From the NCBI GenBank assembly GCA_010093605.1, contig MU004184.1:1312801-1376800 (forward strand): a stretch of DNA of 64,000 bases, read 5' to 3'. The notes beneath the pieces are model-generated. The model did not search any database. It was not told the DNA's origin and saw only the letters and a list, made by a program, of their open reading frames with translations. A program made the translations under genes and the position numbers. How positions within the stretch are numbered: position 1 is the stretch's first letter; the number at the start of each line of letters is the position of its first letter. Positions 39,238-52,071 of the stretch are shown here, piece after piece. This DNA comes from Lophium mytilinum (taxonomy: Eukaryota).

Positions 39238-40493
39238 CTAATCCTCCCGTCCAAGCTTCATCCACCGGAACTTAGTTATATTCTCCACTCTCACATCCTC
39301 CAACACGAACAGTTGAACCCAAGCCTCAAACTTCGGCACAAGCGGCTTCTCAAGCCCCTTTGGCCCACAAACTTGGAAAAGATCGACATCGAAGAGTTTG
39401 TTGTACAATCTGTTACGCTTGAAGTCGAAGGGGCCCTGGTGACGTGTTAATGCTCTTTGCAAAGACCGCTCGAATGGATAATAGATCTAAGACGTACCTT
39501 TCCCCTAGCGAGCTTCTCGAAGTCCTTCGTAAAAGCCTCCGCCTCCTCCCACGACCGAACCCGCGTCCCGTCCTTCGCAGTCCATTCATCTAGCCGGTAC
39601 CCATGCTCCCCCCAAGCCTGCCAAACCACGAAGCCTTCCGGGCCAAACCCGACAACGAATGTGTGAGCGAAGGAGAACCAGGGCTCGGACTTCCCGCGCG
39701 CAGCTAGCTCGAATATATGGACGTCGGTGAGCGACACGGCTACGATAGTTGTCTTTCCTTCTTTCATTGCAGCTTCTTTGGCTTTCGCATATGCGCCACG
39801 GAACGACTCAGAGGGCGTCGTGCGGATCTGATCGAGGGTCGGCATCCCTCCGCGGATTTTGGAGCGGAATTTCAGTGCAGCTTGCATCTTGTCCTGTGGA
39901 GCTGCAAGGCAAAGTAATAAAGACGTAGTGAGCTTGCAAGACTTCCAGAGAATTGGGTCGAATTGGGACTTTAGGGTTTGGTAGTCCTTGATGTCGGCTT
40001 GAACGTCTAGAATTTCGTCGTCGATGGCGGCGGAGATCCGGTGCCACACGAACATGGCGATGGAGAGGTCTTTGCTGAGGAGTGCTTCTACATGCGCTTT
40101 GAGAGCTGCGATAGGCGTCATGGTGGTTTCCGGAAATTTGAGAGCTGAAACCGTTTCCTTCAGCTTGGCTTCTTCATCCGTGGTGGCAGTTTGGTCAATC
40201 GTTGGTGCTTCTTCATCTTCCTCGAGGCCAAGGGCGTTATTCATGGTGAGAGACTCCATCAGAGCGCCTAGGGAGCCAGAAGTTTGTGCAGAAGCTGGCC
40301 CGGGTCGCGTTCGTGGCTCGATCCTGTTGACGAATTCGGGAGGAATGGAATAATCTCCACTCGTCATGCGCATTATGTTCACTGCGAATGGGAGAGTATC
40401 GATCCACTGCGCTTGAGCCTCTTCCGTAAGGAAGGCTCGGAAGGACTCTGGCATGGGCTGGCGCGGCAGAGAAGACTTATCTGCGCCGGTCAT
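39238..40493 (-). CDS. Hypothetical protein with a possible papain-like Cys-His-Gln site, 2 exons
   Basis: 348-aa ORF spliced via intron 39497-39436 (GTACGT..CAG) to a final exon GPFDFKRNRLY...GRED*. Confidence 0.8.
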
Positions 40494-41627
40494 GATGGTA
40501 GAGGTTGACTGTCACTAGTGCCTTGGAGCAAAAGATGTCAAACTGAAGCTTGGTGGGTAAATGAAACTTGATGTGAGAAGCTTGAGGTTTTGTTGAAAGG
40601 TGATACAGCCTGTTGACGCATGCTGTGGTTAGCGTGCATGTGGCTGCGAAGGTAAGTTACGGTACTGGACGTCGATGAGAGAGAATCTATTGGCCGAAAT
40701 AGCTTCTGCAGGGTTATAAAGCCTTTTGTTACGCAGTATTTACGTGGTAAACTAACCATAGGATGCGTCAAGGGGCTGCACATCATATTCAATACTCGTC
40801 ATTCTTCGTTACTCTTTCACCGTACCCTCCAGTTTGCTACCTTCTATGTTAACGTACCAAGAAGTTACACTTTCACATAGCCCTCCAGACCGAAGAACGC
40901 TGTTTCTCACCAATAGTAGCTGCAGAACACCCGTGTGTTACGCGGAAAGCCACTCACCGACTATAATCTAGGCCTTCATCCTCTTACCGCCTCGTCAACT
41001 TTTCCTGCTTCGAGCTGCCTACGAGAACGGAGATGTGGCACGACATGGGAAACGTTTGCTATCGTTCAGTTAGACGGCATAAAGCTTTGGTAGGAACGCA
41101 GCTTTCCGCAGATAGCTCCGCAGCCTCGTGAAACAAGGAATGCTCTGACTTGATAGTATCACATCTATCAGCTATTAGCTAAGGTGGCTAGTTATCTCAC
41201 CAAATGTACAAAATGATAACGGACTATAACATCCGAACTTGCTCAAATCGTGTTGAGGCACTGATGATGAGCATGATAGTCTTGCTATTCAATAAATCAC
41301 TTAGATTGATTATTGACTTCAATTCGACGGCGCCAGATCAAGGTCCTAGGTCAATTACTATCCCACGCCTCGCAATGCTACGCTAATGCCAACGCCAGAT
41401 TACCCTCTTACTCCAACTCGAGCTATCGTACACGTGACACGTTTTGCAGCCCTGTCGGGCCACGGTCCGAATTTATCTCTCGAAGTGTAACCATCTGAAT
41501 CATACCTTCCATAATCTCATCGTGCGATACTGCCAAGAACACCTAATCCCATACCCTGGAAAGTACACTGACCTCTTCCGAACCCCGTCCTGAACGCCAA
41601 AAGAAATTGTGTGACCAGGTCCAAGCC

Positions 41628-44540
41628 TCACAGCAACACCAGGGCCCACCCGGCAGCCCCCATCAGCACCGCCTCCACCATCGCCTCGAATCCGAACGCC
41701 CTACTAGCAGGCGCCTGACTAGGCTTCGACGAAATCCCAATCCCACTCGCAATGAAATTTCCTGGAGCTCGAAGGCTCGAGGTAGACGAGCTGCTCTGGC
41801 TACTACTCTTGCTTGATCTGCTACCGCTGCTTGTGCTGGTTTTGATGCTGCCGGACCTCGAGCCTGTACTGGATACTTTCGAGTCCGCGGTGGTAGTCGC
41901 ACTCACACTCGCGGGCGCAATGGTACTGGTATGGCCATTTATCACAAGATTACTGGCGCCTGCTGGCAGAGTGTATGTCGTTCCTGATACCGTGACGGCC
42001 GGACCTCCCGGGATGAGCGTCGTACCAGGGCCCAGGACGTACTGCGTCGTGCCGTCCACTACTGTGGCCGAAACGATCTGACCATTTAGAGTCAGCAACG
42101 GCGCTGCGGTGATAATGGCGTTGTTGAGCGTGGATGTAACGCCGTTGATCACTACAACGCCAGGCGTGGCGCCTGCGGGGAGGCTGAAGGTGGTTCCAGA
42201 GACGGTGAGCACCCCTCCCGGTGTTAGTGTTTGGCCAGGAGCAAGAACAAACTGGGTGGTGCCGTCTACTACAGTCGCAGAAACGGTGTGCCCATCCACA
42301 ACGAGTACTGGTGGCGCAGTGATTAACGGGGTTCCGTTCAGAGTTTGAGTGACACCATTAACGACTGCTACCGTGCCCGAGGGTCCCAGGCTAAACGTAG
42401 TGCCATCGATTGTTAGAATTGGGCCACCGGGTTTGAGCGTATGCATGCCTATCACGAACTCGCCGCTCGGATTTGCCGTGACGACAGTGCCACCAATCGT
42501 GAGTGCTGGGTGAGGGGTGTTTAGGGTTTGTGTAACGCCATTGACGACAGCCACAGTACCGGATGGCCCAAGGCTGAAAGTGGTGCCGTCTACTGTCAGA
42601 ACTGGGCCACCTGGCTGGAGGGTTTGTGTGCCTAATATGAACTGTCCACTAGGGTTTGCTGTGATGACTGTGCCGCCCACAGTGAGTACTGGCGGAGACG
42701 TCGGGTTTGCAGGATTGACTGCGATAGTGCTACCCCCAACCACCACACTAGAGCCTCCAGGAGGAACGGAGACGATGACACCGTTCAGAGTCGTGACTTG
42801 GCCTGGGGTGAGCGTTTGACCCCCGACAACCACGCCTCCGCCAGATATCGGGACAATTGCAACAGGAACCACAGTATTTCCAACTGCTACGGATTGAGGA
42901 GGGCTGTTGACGGGAGGCGTGATGAGTGGACGATTCACTCCTTCAGTATGACCAGGCGGTGGATTTCCTTGAGTTTTGGGTGGCGGATTATTGAAGATGG
43001 ACGGATTGTTGTGAATGATCGATGCAATTATATCCCCAATGCCTGGAGTGCTTGCGGGCTTATGATTGCCTGGATTAACTGATACATGATTCTCGAACGA
43101 GACGACAGGTCCGGAAATTTTAGGGTCTCCCGAAGGTTTCAGTACTGGAGGGGCTAGCGCAGGGCCAGTCTCCTCGTTTGGTTTGGATCTGATATTAGAA
43201 GCACTTATGTGAATGACAGAAGGCGCTGTGACGAACGTAGGTGTTACAAGAGTCTTTGTGGACGTTGGGGAAGGCTCGCCGATGGTGAGAAATGCGTTGG
43301 TATTAGTTGAATAAAGAGGCGGAAGAGTTGATCCAGGAAGGGGAATTGACGTAATCGTAGTCTCCAGAGTACAAGTGGCTATATCTGAGCCATTGAATGC
43401 GCTCATGATTGCAGGAACCTGCGCAAGATAGGCAACAAGCGGTGGTGGTAGAGAAACGGGGACACCTTCGTTGGAGACATCTGCGACTGGGTAAATGAAA
43501 GGCTGTCCTTGTGCTGGCGGGAAGAGATTGAAGGCTTGGATATTCTGTGTACATGTCTCCTCTGGTTCCTCCTCTTTCTTATGCCTTTTCAGAGGGATAA
43601 ACTCGGTCTCGGTCGGCTCCGGCGGAGCTGTTGGTACACCCGCATCAAGTCCTCCCGCAATGTCGTAGTAAGCTATGTACGTACTCGGAGCAGTCCTAAT
43701 GATTCATTAGCGAGATGACTTTGCATTGAGGGGAGGGAAGTTCTCACAAGGTCACATCCGGTGCCTCGCTCCAAGTCCAAGTTAGTGTGAGATGAACATC
43801 AGTCTGATTTGCAGGCAGAGTTGGAGCCGCTCCGGGATCGAAATTGGTGAGTAAAATCGTAGTAACCAGATCGTCAGTCCCTGTGCTCTCAACCGTCGTG
43901 ACAGTCCCGGCCAAATACGATCCGACACTGAGGGGAGCATCTGGGTAGGTGAGAGTCAAAAGATAGTCAGCCTGCAGCACACATCCAGTGCAGACCGGGC
44001 TATCAAGAGAGGTGCGAGATATGGTAGATGAGTTTGTTGAGCTCTCTGTCAGCGAGGCCGAGCTGGATGTTATCGCGGAGCTGAATGTTGTCGTGGAGCT
44101 GGATGTTTTCGAGGAGCTAGATGTCGAGGAGCTAGATGTCGAGGAGCTAGATACAGTCGTTGGAAGATCAGAAATAGAGGAGCTTGATGCACTAGATGAT
44201 TCGGATGGACTGGAGGAACCAGATGACGCCGTCGAACTTGAAAGACCAGACGAGCCTGTGGAAAGGGATACGCTAGACTCCAACAGACTTGCTGTCGAAG
44301 CCGATGATATTGAGGTAGAACTGAAGGTAGATGACAGCGAGGTGTATGAAGATGTTGAAAGTATCGAAATTGCACTGCTTGTAGAGTTGGACATCGAGGC
44401 TATCAAAACACGTCAGCTATCAAAGGTTTGTGTTAATCACAGCGAAGGCGCTGCCTACATCTTCGTAGAACCTGTGGTTCAGCTCCGGCAAAAATGACCC
44501 GTTGTACCACAAAGGCACAGAAAACGAGGGATGTGAGCAT
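41628..44540 (-). CDS. Ser/Thr-rich, putatively GPI-anchored cell-wall protein with beta-strand repeats, 3 exons
   Basis: Signal peptide MLTSLVFCAFVVQRVIFAGA (ATG 44540), Ser-rich tract, CTGC, V/T/G-rich repeats and a hydrophobic C-terminal tail. Introns near 44458-44400 and 43747-43696 splice in frame. Confidence 0.85.
41930..42830 (-). repeat. Coding repeats of ~55-70 aa (LTVGGTVITANPSG..QTLxPGGPVLTVDGTTFSL..VVNGVTQTL) x4-5
   Basis: Visible in the translation of ORF 41628-43406. Confidence 0.85.
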
Positions 44541-45769
44541 CCTGCAGGCGTGTCCACAGGTTATCAGTACACCTTGCCGGCCGAACGAGCTCAAGGTCTG
44601 AAAGACGTTTGTACGGCCAAGTACGCTAGAAACATAGATATGTACAGACAGATCGGCAAGGAGGACATGGGAGGCGCCCATATTTGAACGTTGCAGCCGC
44701 CTTACACGCAGGCGTCAGGGCAGATGCAGGACGACAGGTGGCCGGGCCCATGAATGGCTGAACCCTGCGCAAATCCACCGTAGCCAGCAAGCCAGCCAAG
44801 CGATTGCAAATTGTGCGCCTGTGGCTTGCGAACAGAAGGGGATGCCGACCAGCCAAGCGGTTACATTCGTGGCCGTGCTGGTCGGCTGAGAGCGAGAGAG
44901 CAGAGGTGTTTCATGGGGCTGGTGCTCTGTCAGTGGTACGGAACTTTCCGAGAATCAACGCCCTGGGAATATGTCGATATACTCGTTCCAGTCTCTTGAT
45001 CTTGTCATGTGAGTCTGGAGGCACTGATTGGTATTGGGCGAGTGTTGATGGATGCAATTCTAGTCAGTGCAAAGCGGCCAGCATACACAAGCCGTGCCCA
45101 GAAAAATACATCGTGAATTCCAGCTACCAGGAAGAATAATCCGGCCAAACATGTCGCCGATACAGGTAGTCAAGCCGACACAGGGGCACATCTGGTTACA
45201 TTCTCGCCCAGACTCACACGGCGTGGTCTCTCGAGAAAAGTTGCTCATGTTCCCCACCATCTCTTGAGGCTACTGCGGCGATGGTGGCCATGCATGTGGA
45301 TACGAACAGCATCACACGGCCTGCTCGTTCGGAGAGAAGAGTTGGGAGCGGTGGGGGAAGCTTGGAAAGAGATGGATGTGGTGGTGGCGGAGTTGCGAAG
45401 GAGAAGAGGGAGAGGCGTCGTTGGCCAGACCGCACCGCTAGTTCTAAACTTACTCACGACGTTCCATCACACATGCCTGCACCCGCCTTCAGCCCTCATC
45501 TTCACCCGCTTCAGCTGAAGCACCATGTCGGCTGCCCGACCAGCCACCGGCATCTGCCCTCGAATCACAGCCGGCAGCACCATAAATGTCTGTCATTTCT
45601 CGGCATGCCGACGGCCTCCCGTCACGCCATGGTGCCCTTCGGGGACGCCCTCCATCCCTCAGCTCTCTCGTCTTGGCGATGCAGAGTAACAATGCTGCAT
45701 AACTGACCCAGGAGCCTTGCTCTCGGACCTGTTCTGTGTTTCTCGGCGTCAGATCTTGTTCGCCTGTCA

Positions 45770-47747
45770 ATGCTCGTGCTCTTTCACGCTTCCATCCGTC
45801 TTCTTTTGATCCTCGACCATGCTTTCGTGATCCACAAGTCCCTCGTTACTCTTCCGTTACACCGTCTTCATGAGCTTTCTATTCGTCTTTGTTATATACC
45901 CCTTGCTCTGCTCGACGGCCCTTCGACCATGTCGTTAAGTCTAGCCCCGCGAAAAACTGTCCCCGCGCCCTACGTCGTTCCCCCTTCTCAGTCCTTCGGT
46001 GGCAATGATGGTCCTTGGTCCACCTTTTTCATATCTGTCGGAACACCAGGACAAGACTTGCGTGTGCAAGTGTCTACTCAAAGCGGCGAGACGTGGGCCG
46101 TAGTCCCGGAAGGCTGTTATCCAACGGATGGGCCCGACTGTGCTTCTCTCCGCGGCGCGCAGCCCTTCCAAAGCGCAGAGAGCCCTGGATTCCAATCTAA
46201 CGCGTCAAGTACGTGGGATACAATTGGTGTCTATACCCTCACAACAGAGGAGAAACTCAACTACACTGGCAACGGAATATACGGTTATGACAAAGTCGCG
46301 CTGGGACCCGCTTCCGACAGCGCAACGGCGGCATTAGAACACCAAATCGTTGCTGGAGTAGCGGAGCTAGATTTTTGGATGGGGCATATCGGTTTAGGAA
46401 TACAACCGAGCTCATTCTCAAGTCTAAGCAAGCCCGTAGACTCGTTTCTAGTGCAGCTATGGAATCAGACCAAGATTCCGAGTCTCTCGTACGCGTATAC
46501 TGCAGGCGCGAAGTACCGTAAGTCCTCTTAATACCAAATTGAAGTGCTTGGATAGGTTTTGACGGGCACTAGGTCTAAAATCGGTTTTTGGAAGCTTAAT
46601 ACTCGGCGGGTACGACGAGACCCGCTTTACTCCAAGCAACTTCTCCCTCTCTTTCAGCTCTGACGCGACGAAACTCCTGACCGTCGGGGTTCAATCTATC
46701 ATCGGATTAGACACTTTACAGGGGACGCAATCCTTCACATCCTCCGGCCACCTCTCCCTCATAGACTCCACCGTGCCGCACCTCTGGCTCCCCCGCGACA
46801 TCTGTGACGGCATCGAGCAAGCATTCGGCTTGGCCTACGATCCAACTACAGACCTCTACCTTGTTAACGAGACCATGCACAATCAACTCCATCACCTCAA
46901 CCCCTCCTTGACCTTCAAACTTGGCGACACGATATACGATACTGGCGCCAACGCCACTAATATCGTCCTCCCATACGCCGCCCTCGACCTCCAAGCCTCC
47001 TACCCCTACTATAAAAACGCAACGAACTACTTCCCCATTCGCCGAGCTGCCAACGACTCCCAATATGTCCTCGGCCGCACTTTATTGCAAGAAGCGTATC
47101 TAATCGTCGACCACGAGCGCCAAAACTTCACCATCGCGCCTGCAAGCTTCCCAAATCCCTTACCCGCACCTCAAGTAATCGCTATCACCCCACCTTCAAA
47201 TACCCCAACTCCAATTTCAAATCCGTCCGCATCCTCAAAACCTCTTCTCAGCACTAGTGCCATCGCTGGCATCGCAGCCGGCGGCGGCGCTCTCTTTATC
47301 CTCGCCGCTCTATCTCTGTTCTTCTTCCTCCGCCGCCGCCGTCGCAGCGCCCGCGTCGAGCTCGCAAACACCCAGGTTACGCCCTCGGACAAAACTCAGA
47401 ACGCCCTCTTCAATGAGCCCAGCGATGCGGCCGAGCTATCAGGCGTGCAAGTGATAGAACTCGGTGCCCCTGCCAACGAGGAGGTATTAGGGATGGGCGG
47501 GCTGGTGCGCGGGCGGAAGAGCGGCTACGGCGGGTACTGGGACAGTGAAGGACGCTTACGGAGTCCGGGTTCGCCTGGGGCGGCGGATAGGTTGCTCGTG
47601 GAGATGGAGACGCCGGCAGTGAGTCCAGGGCATTACAGGCCGAAAGGGCCGGTGCATGAGATGGAAGGGGATTTGTATCCTTTTGTGCCGAGCCGGAGGG
47701 GCAGTCAGGAGGGGAGCGAGGCCAGTACAAGAAGGATGGAGAAGTAG
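45770..47747 (+). CDS. Pepsin-like (A1) aspartic protease homolog with a C-terminal TM helix, probably degenerate active site
   Basis: GNDGPWSTFFISVGTPGQ, GSLILGGYD, IDSTVP, YVLGRTLLQEAYLIVD and a TM helix followed by RRRRR. Intron 46518-46572. Start codon uncertain (45770 or 45929). Confidence 0.88.
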
Positions 47748-48005
47748 TTTCAAGAGGGGACAGTGCTGCGGGATCTTTGATTTACGTTTTATCATGACGC
47801 ATTTGACGGAGTTTAGGGGTTGGAAGCTGGTTAGTTTCAAATGGGCTAGCGCTGTGCTGGGTATAGCGGCAGTCTGGATAGTGAATTGTAATTTATGATA
47901 TGAGGGTGTGTACAATACTTAAATGTCGTAAATTCGAAGGCTTAATCAAATCTCCTCAATATCGGCTCCTTCATACCGGCACTAGTCACATGACCATATC
48001 GTACA

Positions 48006-49810
48006 TTACCACTCCCCATCCACCGCCCTCAACCTCAAATGCATGCCATTCTTCGGCTTCAGAGTAATCGTCCCCGCAGGGACCACAACTTCATTCGGAT
48101 CTGCCATCTCCATCATGAATTTACCCACAAACACCGCAACCAACGCCCTCAGCTCGGCCCTTGCGAAACGCTCCCCAATACAGCTTCGCGGGCCCTGTAT
48201 GAAGGTCGAGAACGCAAAGTTGCTGTCTGCACCTCCGCTTCCGTTGAAACGGGGTGGAGAAGTACTGTAGTCGATCCAGCGCTCGGGCCGGAAGACCTCA
48301 GCATCCGAACCCCAGAGAGTTGGCGAACGGTTGATAGCCCATGGCGCAACAATGACTTGAATGCCAGCAGGAATAGGGTTGTCAGAGATCGTGGTTGGCC
48401 GCGTTGTTATACGAGAAGTGACGGGTATGGTAGGGAAGAGGCGGAGGGTCTCGGCGCATACGCCGTTAAGGTAGGGAAGGCTTTCGAGGAGGGCGGAGAT
48501 GTCATCGCCTGAGACAGGAGAGGTAGATGGGGAGGGGAGGTTCGCGAATACCTCCTTACGGAGTGTGCTTTGGATGTCGGGATTGATAGCGAGGAGATGT
48601 GTTACCCATGTGAAGGCTGAGGATGTGGTTTCATGTCTGAGAAAGTTCAATATTAGAGTTGCATGCAGTTAGATAGTAGAGAGCAGGACTTACCCTGCCG
48701 CAAGGAATGTCAGAAGCTGATCGACGAGAGAATCATCAGAAAAGTCATTCGACTCGATCAAGACAGACAAAATGTCTTTTTGGTCTTCCTTCTGCGTCCT
48801 CATGAGTTGTTTCTTTTCCTGAACGAACTGGCGGCATATAGCTTTCAGGTTACTCGAAGTTATTCGTATGACCTCATTGATTCTCCAGGGTAATGCTCGA
48901 AGTAGGCGTTGAGAAATCAGCAGATTCAAGACGAAGTAAAGCCCCTTTTCTGTAGTCGGCTCTAGAATCTCTTCGTAATTTTTGATCAGTTCATCATCGG
49001 AGTTCTTCAAGGCTTGAATATCTCGGCCTAGCCCTGCGAGGCCAATTATGTCCATAGTGGCTTTGCTCGCCCAATGATTTATCACCACAACACCAGATGG
49101 AACTCCGCCCTTCTCACCTGCCGGTACCTCGGGGTGCTCGTGAATTTCAGCCGCGATGGCTTCTGTGAGCTCGAGAGACTTTTGCCAAAAGATGGGATAA
49201 AGCTCCTTGATATGACGGAAGCTAAATGCGGGCATGATGTGCTTTCTTTGGAACTTGTGCTCTTCCCCTTCACTTATGAGCAGTCCGTCGCCAAGGAATT
49301 GCCTCAGAAAACTGCGGACCCATGGCGGCTTCTCAATATCATAGCTGTTGTGAACGAGTACATCCGCTAGAGCCCGTGGGTCAGTCGGGAGCAGACGGCC
49401 CACATGGAAGAATCCGCGGAAGTGGATAAGACCGTCGTTCGGGACCTCCTTCATGAATTCCAACAGGTGCCCACCCGGCGGACGCGAGAACATAGACAGG
49501 CCATGCCCTATAAGGGGGTATTCACCCTGTGATATCCGTCAGCTCAGATCGTACCTAGCCTTGCCACAGTGACGCTTACCCTGGATATACCCTTCGGTCC
49601 TGGAAGGTGGCGAAGAGGACTGAAGAAGAAAGGGTATATGAAGACACGCCAGACTGCGTAAAAGCCAAAGTTTGTAACCGACAGTATGAAAAAGAGGCTC
49701 TTGAGAGTAGCCTGGGGAAGGGCGTGAGGGAATACGAAAACCACGAGTACAGATTCTGTTGCAGAAACAAGCGATAATAACAGCGGGATGGGAATCGGCG
49801 ACGCCGTCAT
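48006..49810 (-). CDS. Cytochrome P450, 3 exons
   Basis: N-terminal TM, PLRHLPGP, I-helix TFLAAG/HETT across an intron, ETLR, PERW and heme motif FIQGPRSCIG. Confidence 0.96.
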
Positions 49811-51388
49811 CTTGGAGTAGATAGGCTTCCAGCCTATATACAAATCCGCGGATCTAAGCTTTATATAGAGGGCCTAGCCCGCAGCCAAGTCCAGAGTCTC
49901 TAGGCGGGGAATTCCAGGGATTATACGACTAAGTTTTTGAGGTTGCAGGCTGTAATGCTACGACAACCATCAGCGCAAATGAAGCATTCGTTCATAGCTC
50001 TTGGCTGGCACATGCGTTCAGCTGGGTCGGTGGCGTAATATTCTCCCGCTTGCCTCGGTATCGTACTGAATATCTGAAGCTCCATTGGATAACGCAGCTA
50101 CGGTGGGTTGGAGCCCTGTTCATGTCCTAGGTTGCTTCGCAAGCACGGCGGGATTGGGAAAACGTCCCCACACAAAGAGCTTGATACAACGACATCTCAG
50201 AGAGGCCATCGAAGCTATCTATTTCCACGCGTATACCTGGTCGGCAGGTGCGTTGCCCATGAATAGATGAGTCGTGCTAGATCAGTCCTGTCGCGTGCGC
50301 AAGGCAGTCATTCACGCGTGACCCAGTGTTTAGAGTAAAAGTAACGAGTTAGACATCGCAGTGGTGTGACTGTTTGGTGGGTCGAAGATGGCCTAAAGAG
50401 ATGATGGTGATTGAAAGGCAGCGTGTAGACGAACTCTAACTTTTTACCTAATTTCACTTTTAGTCAGCCACCGCCGTGACTTCTTATGCCGAAAGGATTA
50501 GGCAAGCGACAACTTCACACATTGTCGATATCAAGTTGTTGTATAGGGCTGACCGGAGTCTTCAAAGGGGCTGCGACAAACCTGTAACATTGCCTTGCTG
50601 GGGTTGAGACCTGCCTGATCGACGACGAGGACTTTTACTCCAACGATTTCCCCATAACGCCCGAGCCGGCACTCTCGTAACCCAGAGATTGTTTGCAGCA
50701 ATCTTACCATGTCTTAGGTGAACAACATAGGACACGGACAACACTTACAAAACGTTCATGCATCGGCTCATTACATATCACGGGTAAATGCAGCATAGCA
50801 TCAATGCGTACGACTTCGCGCGCGACAAGTACAGTCCCATTTCTCATTAGCCAATCTTCAAACACGTCGAGCCAAAGTAAGATCGTCATACTTTATGGCG
50901 TCGCATGTCTAAGCAAGTTTCGCGCCTGTCCAGTATTCACTCAAACTTCCCCGTCCAGCCAGTACTGAGATGGAAGACCAAATTGCAAGGACCTTTAGCC
51001 GCCTTCTCCAACCTCAGATCTACCTTGGTCGACATGTCCTGCAAGTTGGAAGGCGCATCCGGGACTACAGGGCTCTATGGCGGACCCATCCACTTCTCTA
51101 ATCCTTGCCAAGCTTGCTACCGCCACGGAGTAAGGCTGCCGTACCGATTGCCTGAACTACCTTATGCGAACAAAGAGATGGCATAAATACAATCTCCTCC
51201 AGCTCTACGTAGGAGTTTTGTCACGCTACTCAGCTCATATCTCTTCGTTTTCTTCCTTTTCCTTAAAACATTCCTTGTTTTCCGAGTCTGGCAACTCGCT
51301 CATTAATACACTCTCTTCACGCTTTGACTTGCATTCGTCCAAGGCTTTTCCACAATCTCTCCCAAATCAGCACCATTTCTAGATCAAA

Positions 51389-51778
51389 ATGAAGACCACC
51401 ACTATCCTCAGCACGCTCTTTCTGAGCACCCTCGTGCTCGCCGCACCTCTGAGCACTGTTGCCAACCGCCAAGCTCAAAACCTCCAGACCTTTACGGGCG
51501 CCCTAGGGGGCATTGCGGCTACTCCTATCGAAGACTCCGGAAACCCAGACCGCCAGTTTAGTGTCAAGGGAGACACCTTTGTCAATCTTTCAGCTGCGCT
51601 TCAGAGGAGCTGTGACCAGCAATTCAATGCATGTGCCAATGCTGCGAATGCAGGCACAGGAAATTTCACCGTCGCAGATTGTAGCGCGCAGCAGAGTGAG
51701 TTTACTATCTTTCCGTTGCTCATCGTGAAGATGGGTCCACTGACATGATTGATAGATGCCTGCGGCGCCGCCAACTAG
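51389..51778 (+). CDS. Small secreted cysteine-containing protein (109 aa), effector candidate
   Basis: Signal peptide, NLQTFTGALGG and AALQRSCDQQFNACANAAN. Intron 51696-51755 gives the C-terminus QQNACGAAN* and 4 Cys in total. Confidence 0.88.
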
Positions 51779-52071
51779 CTGCTGTTCTTGACACGCGACT
51801 GTGAAATGCTTCTGGTAAATCCATGTGCTTTAGGAGAGAGAAGAATGAATGCGGGATGCTGTTAACCGGGAATGTCGGAGTCTATTGTTCTGTCTAGATG
51901 CGAATGGCGCCTTGGTGCAGGGGAAGACTTCAATGAAATTACTGACTCCATCATCCTGCGGCCTAGAGTTTGATGAATGCCGCCTAAACGTGTGGTTTTA
52001 ACAAGTTATTAGGCATTGAATGTGGGACGACGGTACGTGAAAGCCGTGCAGGAAGCAACCTGAGCGTGACC

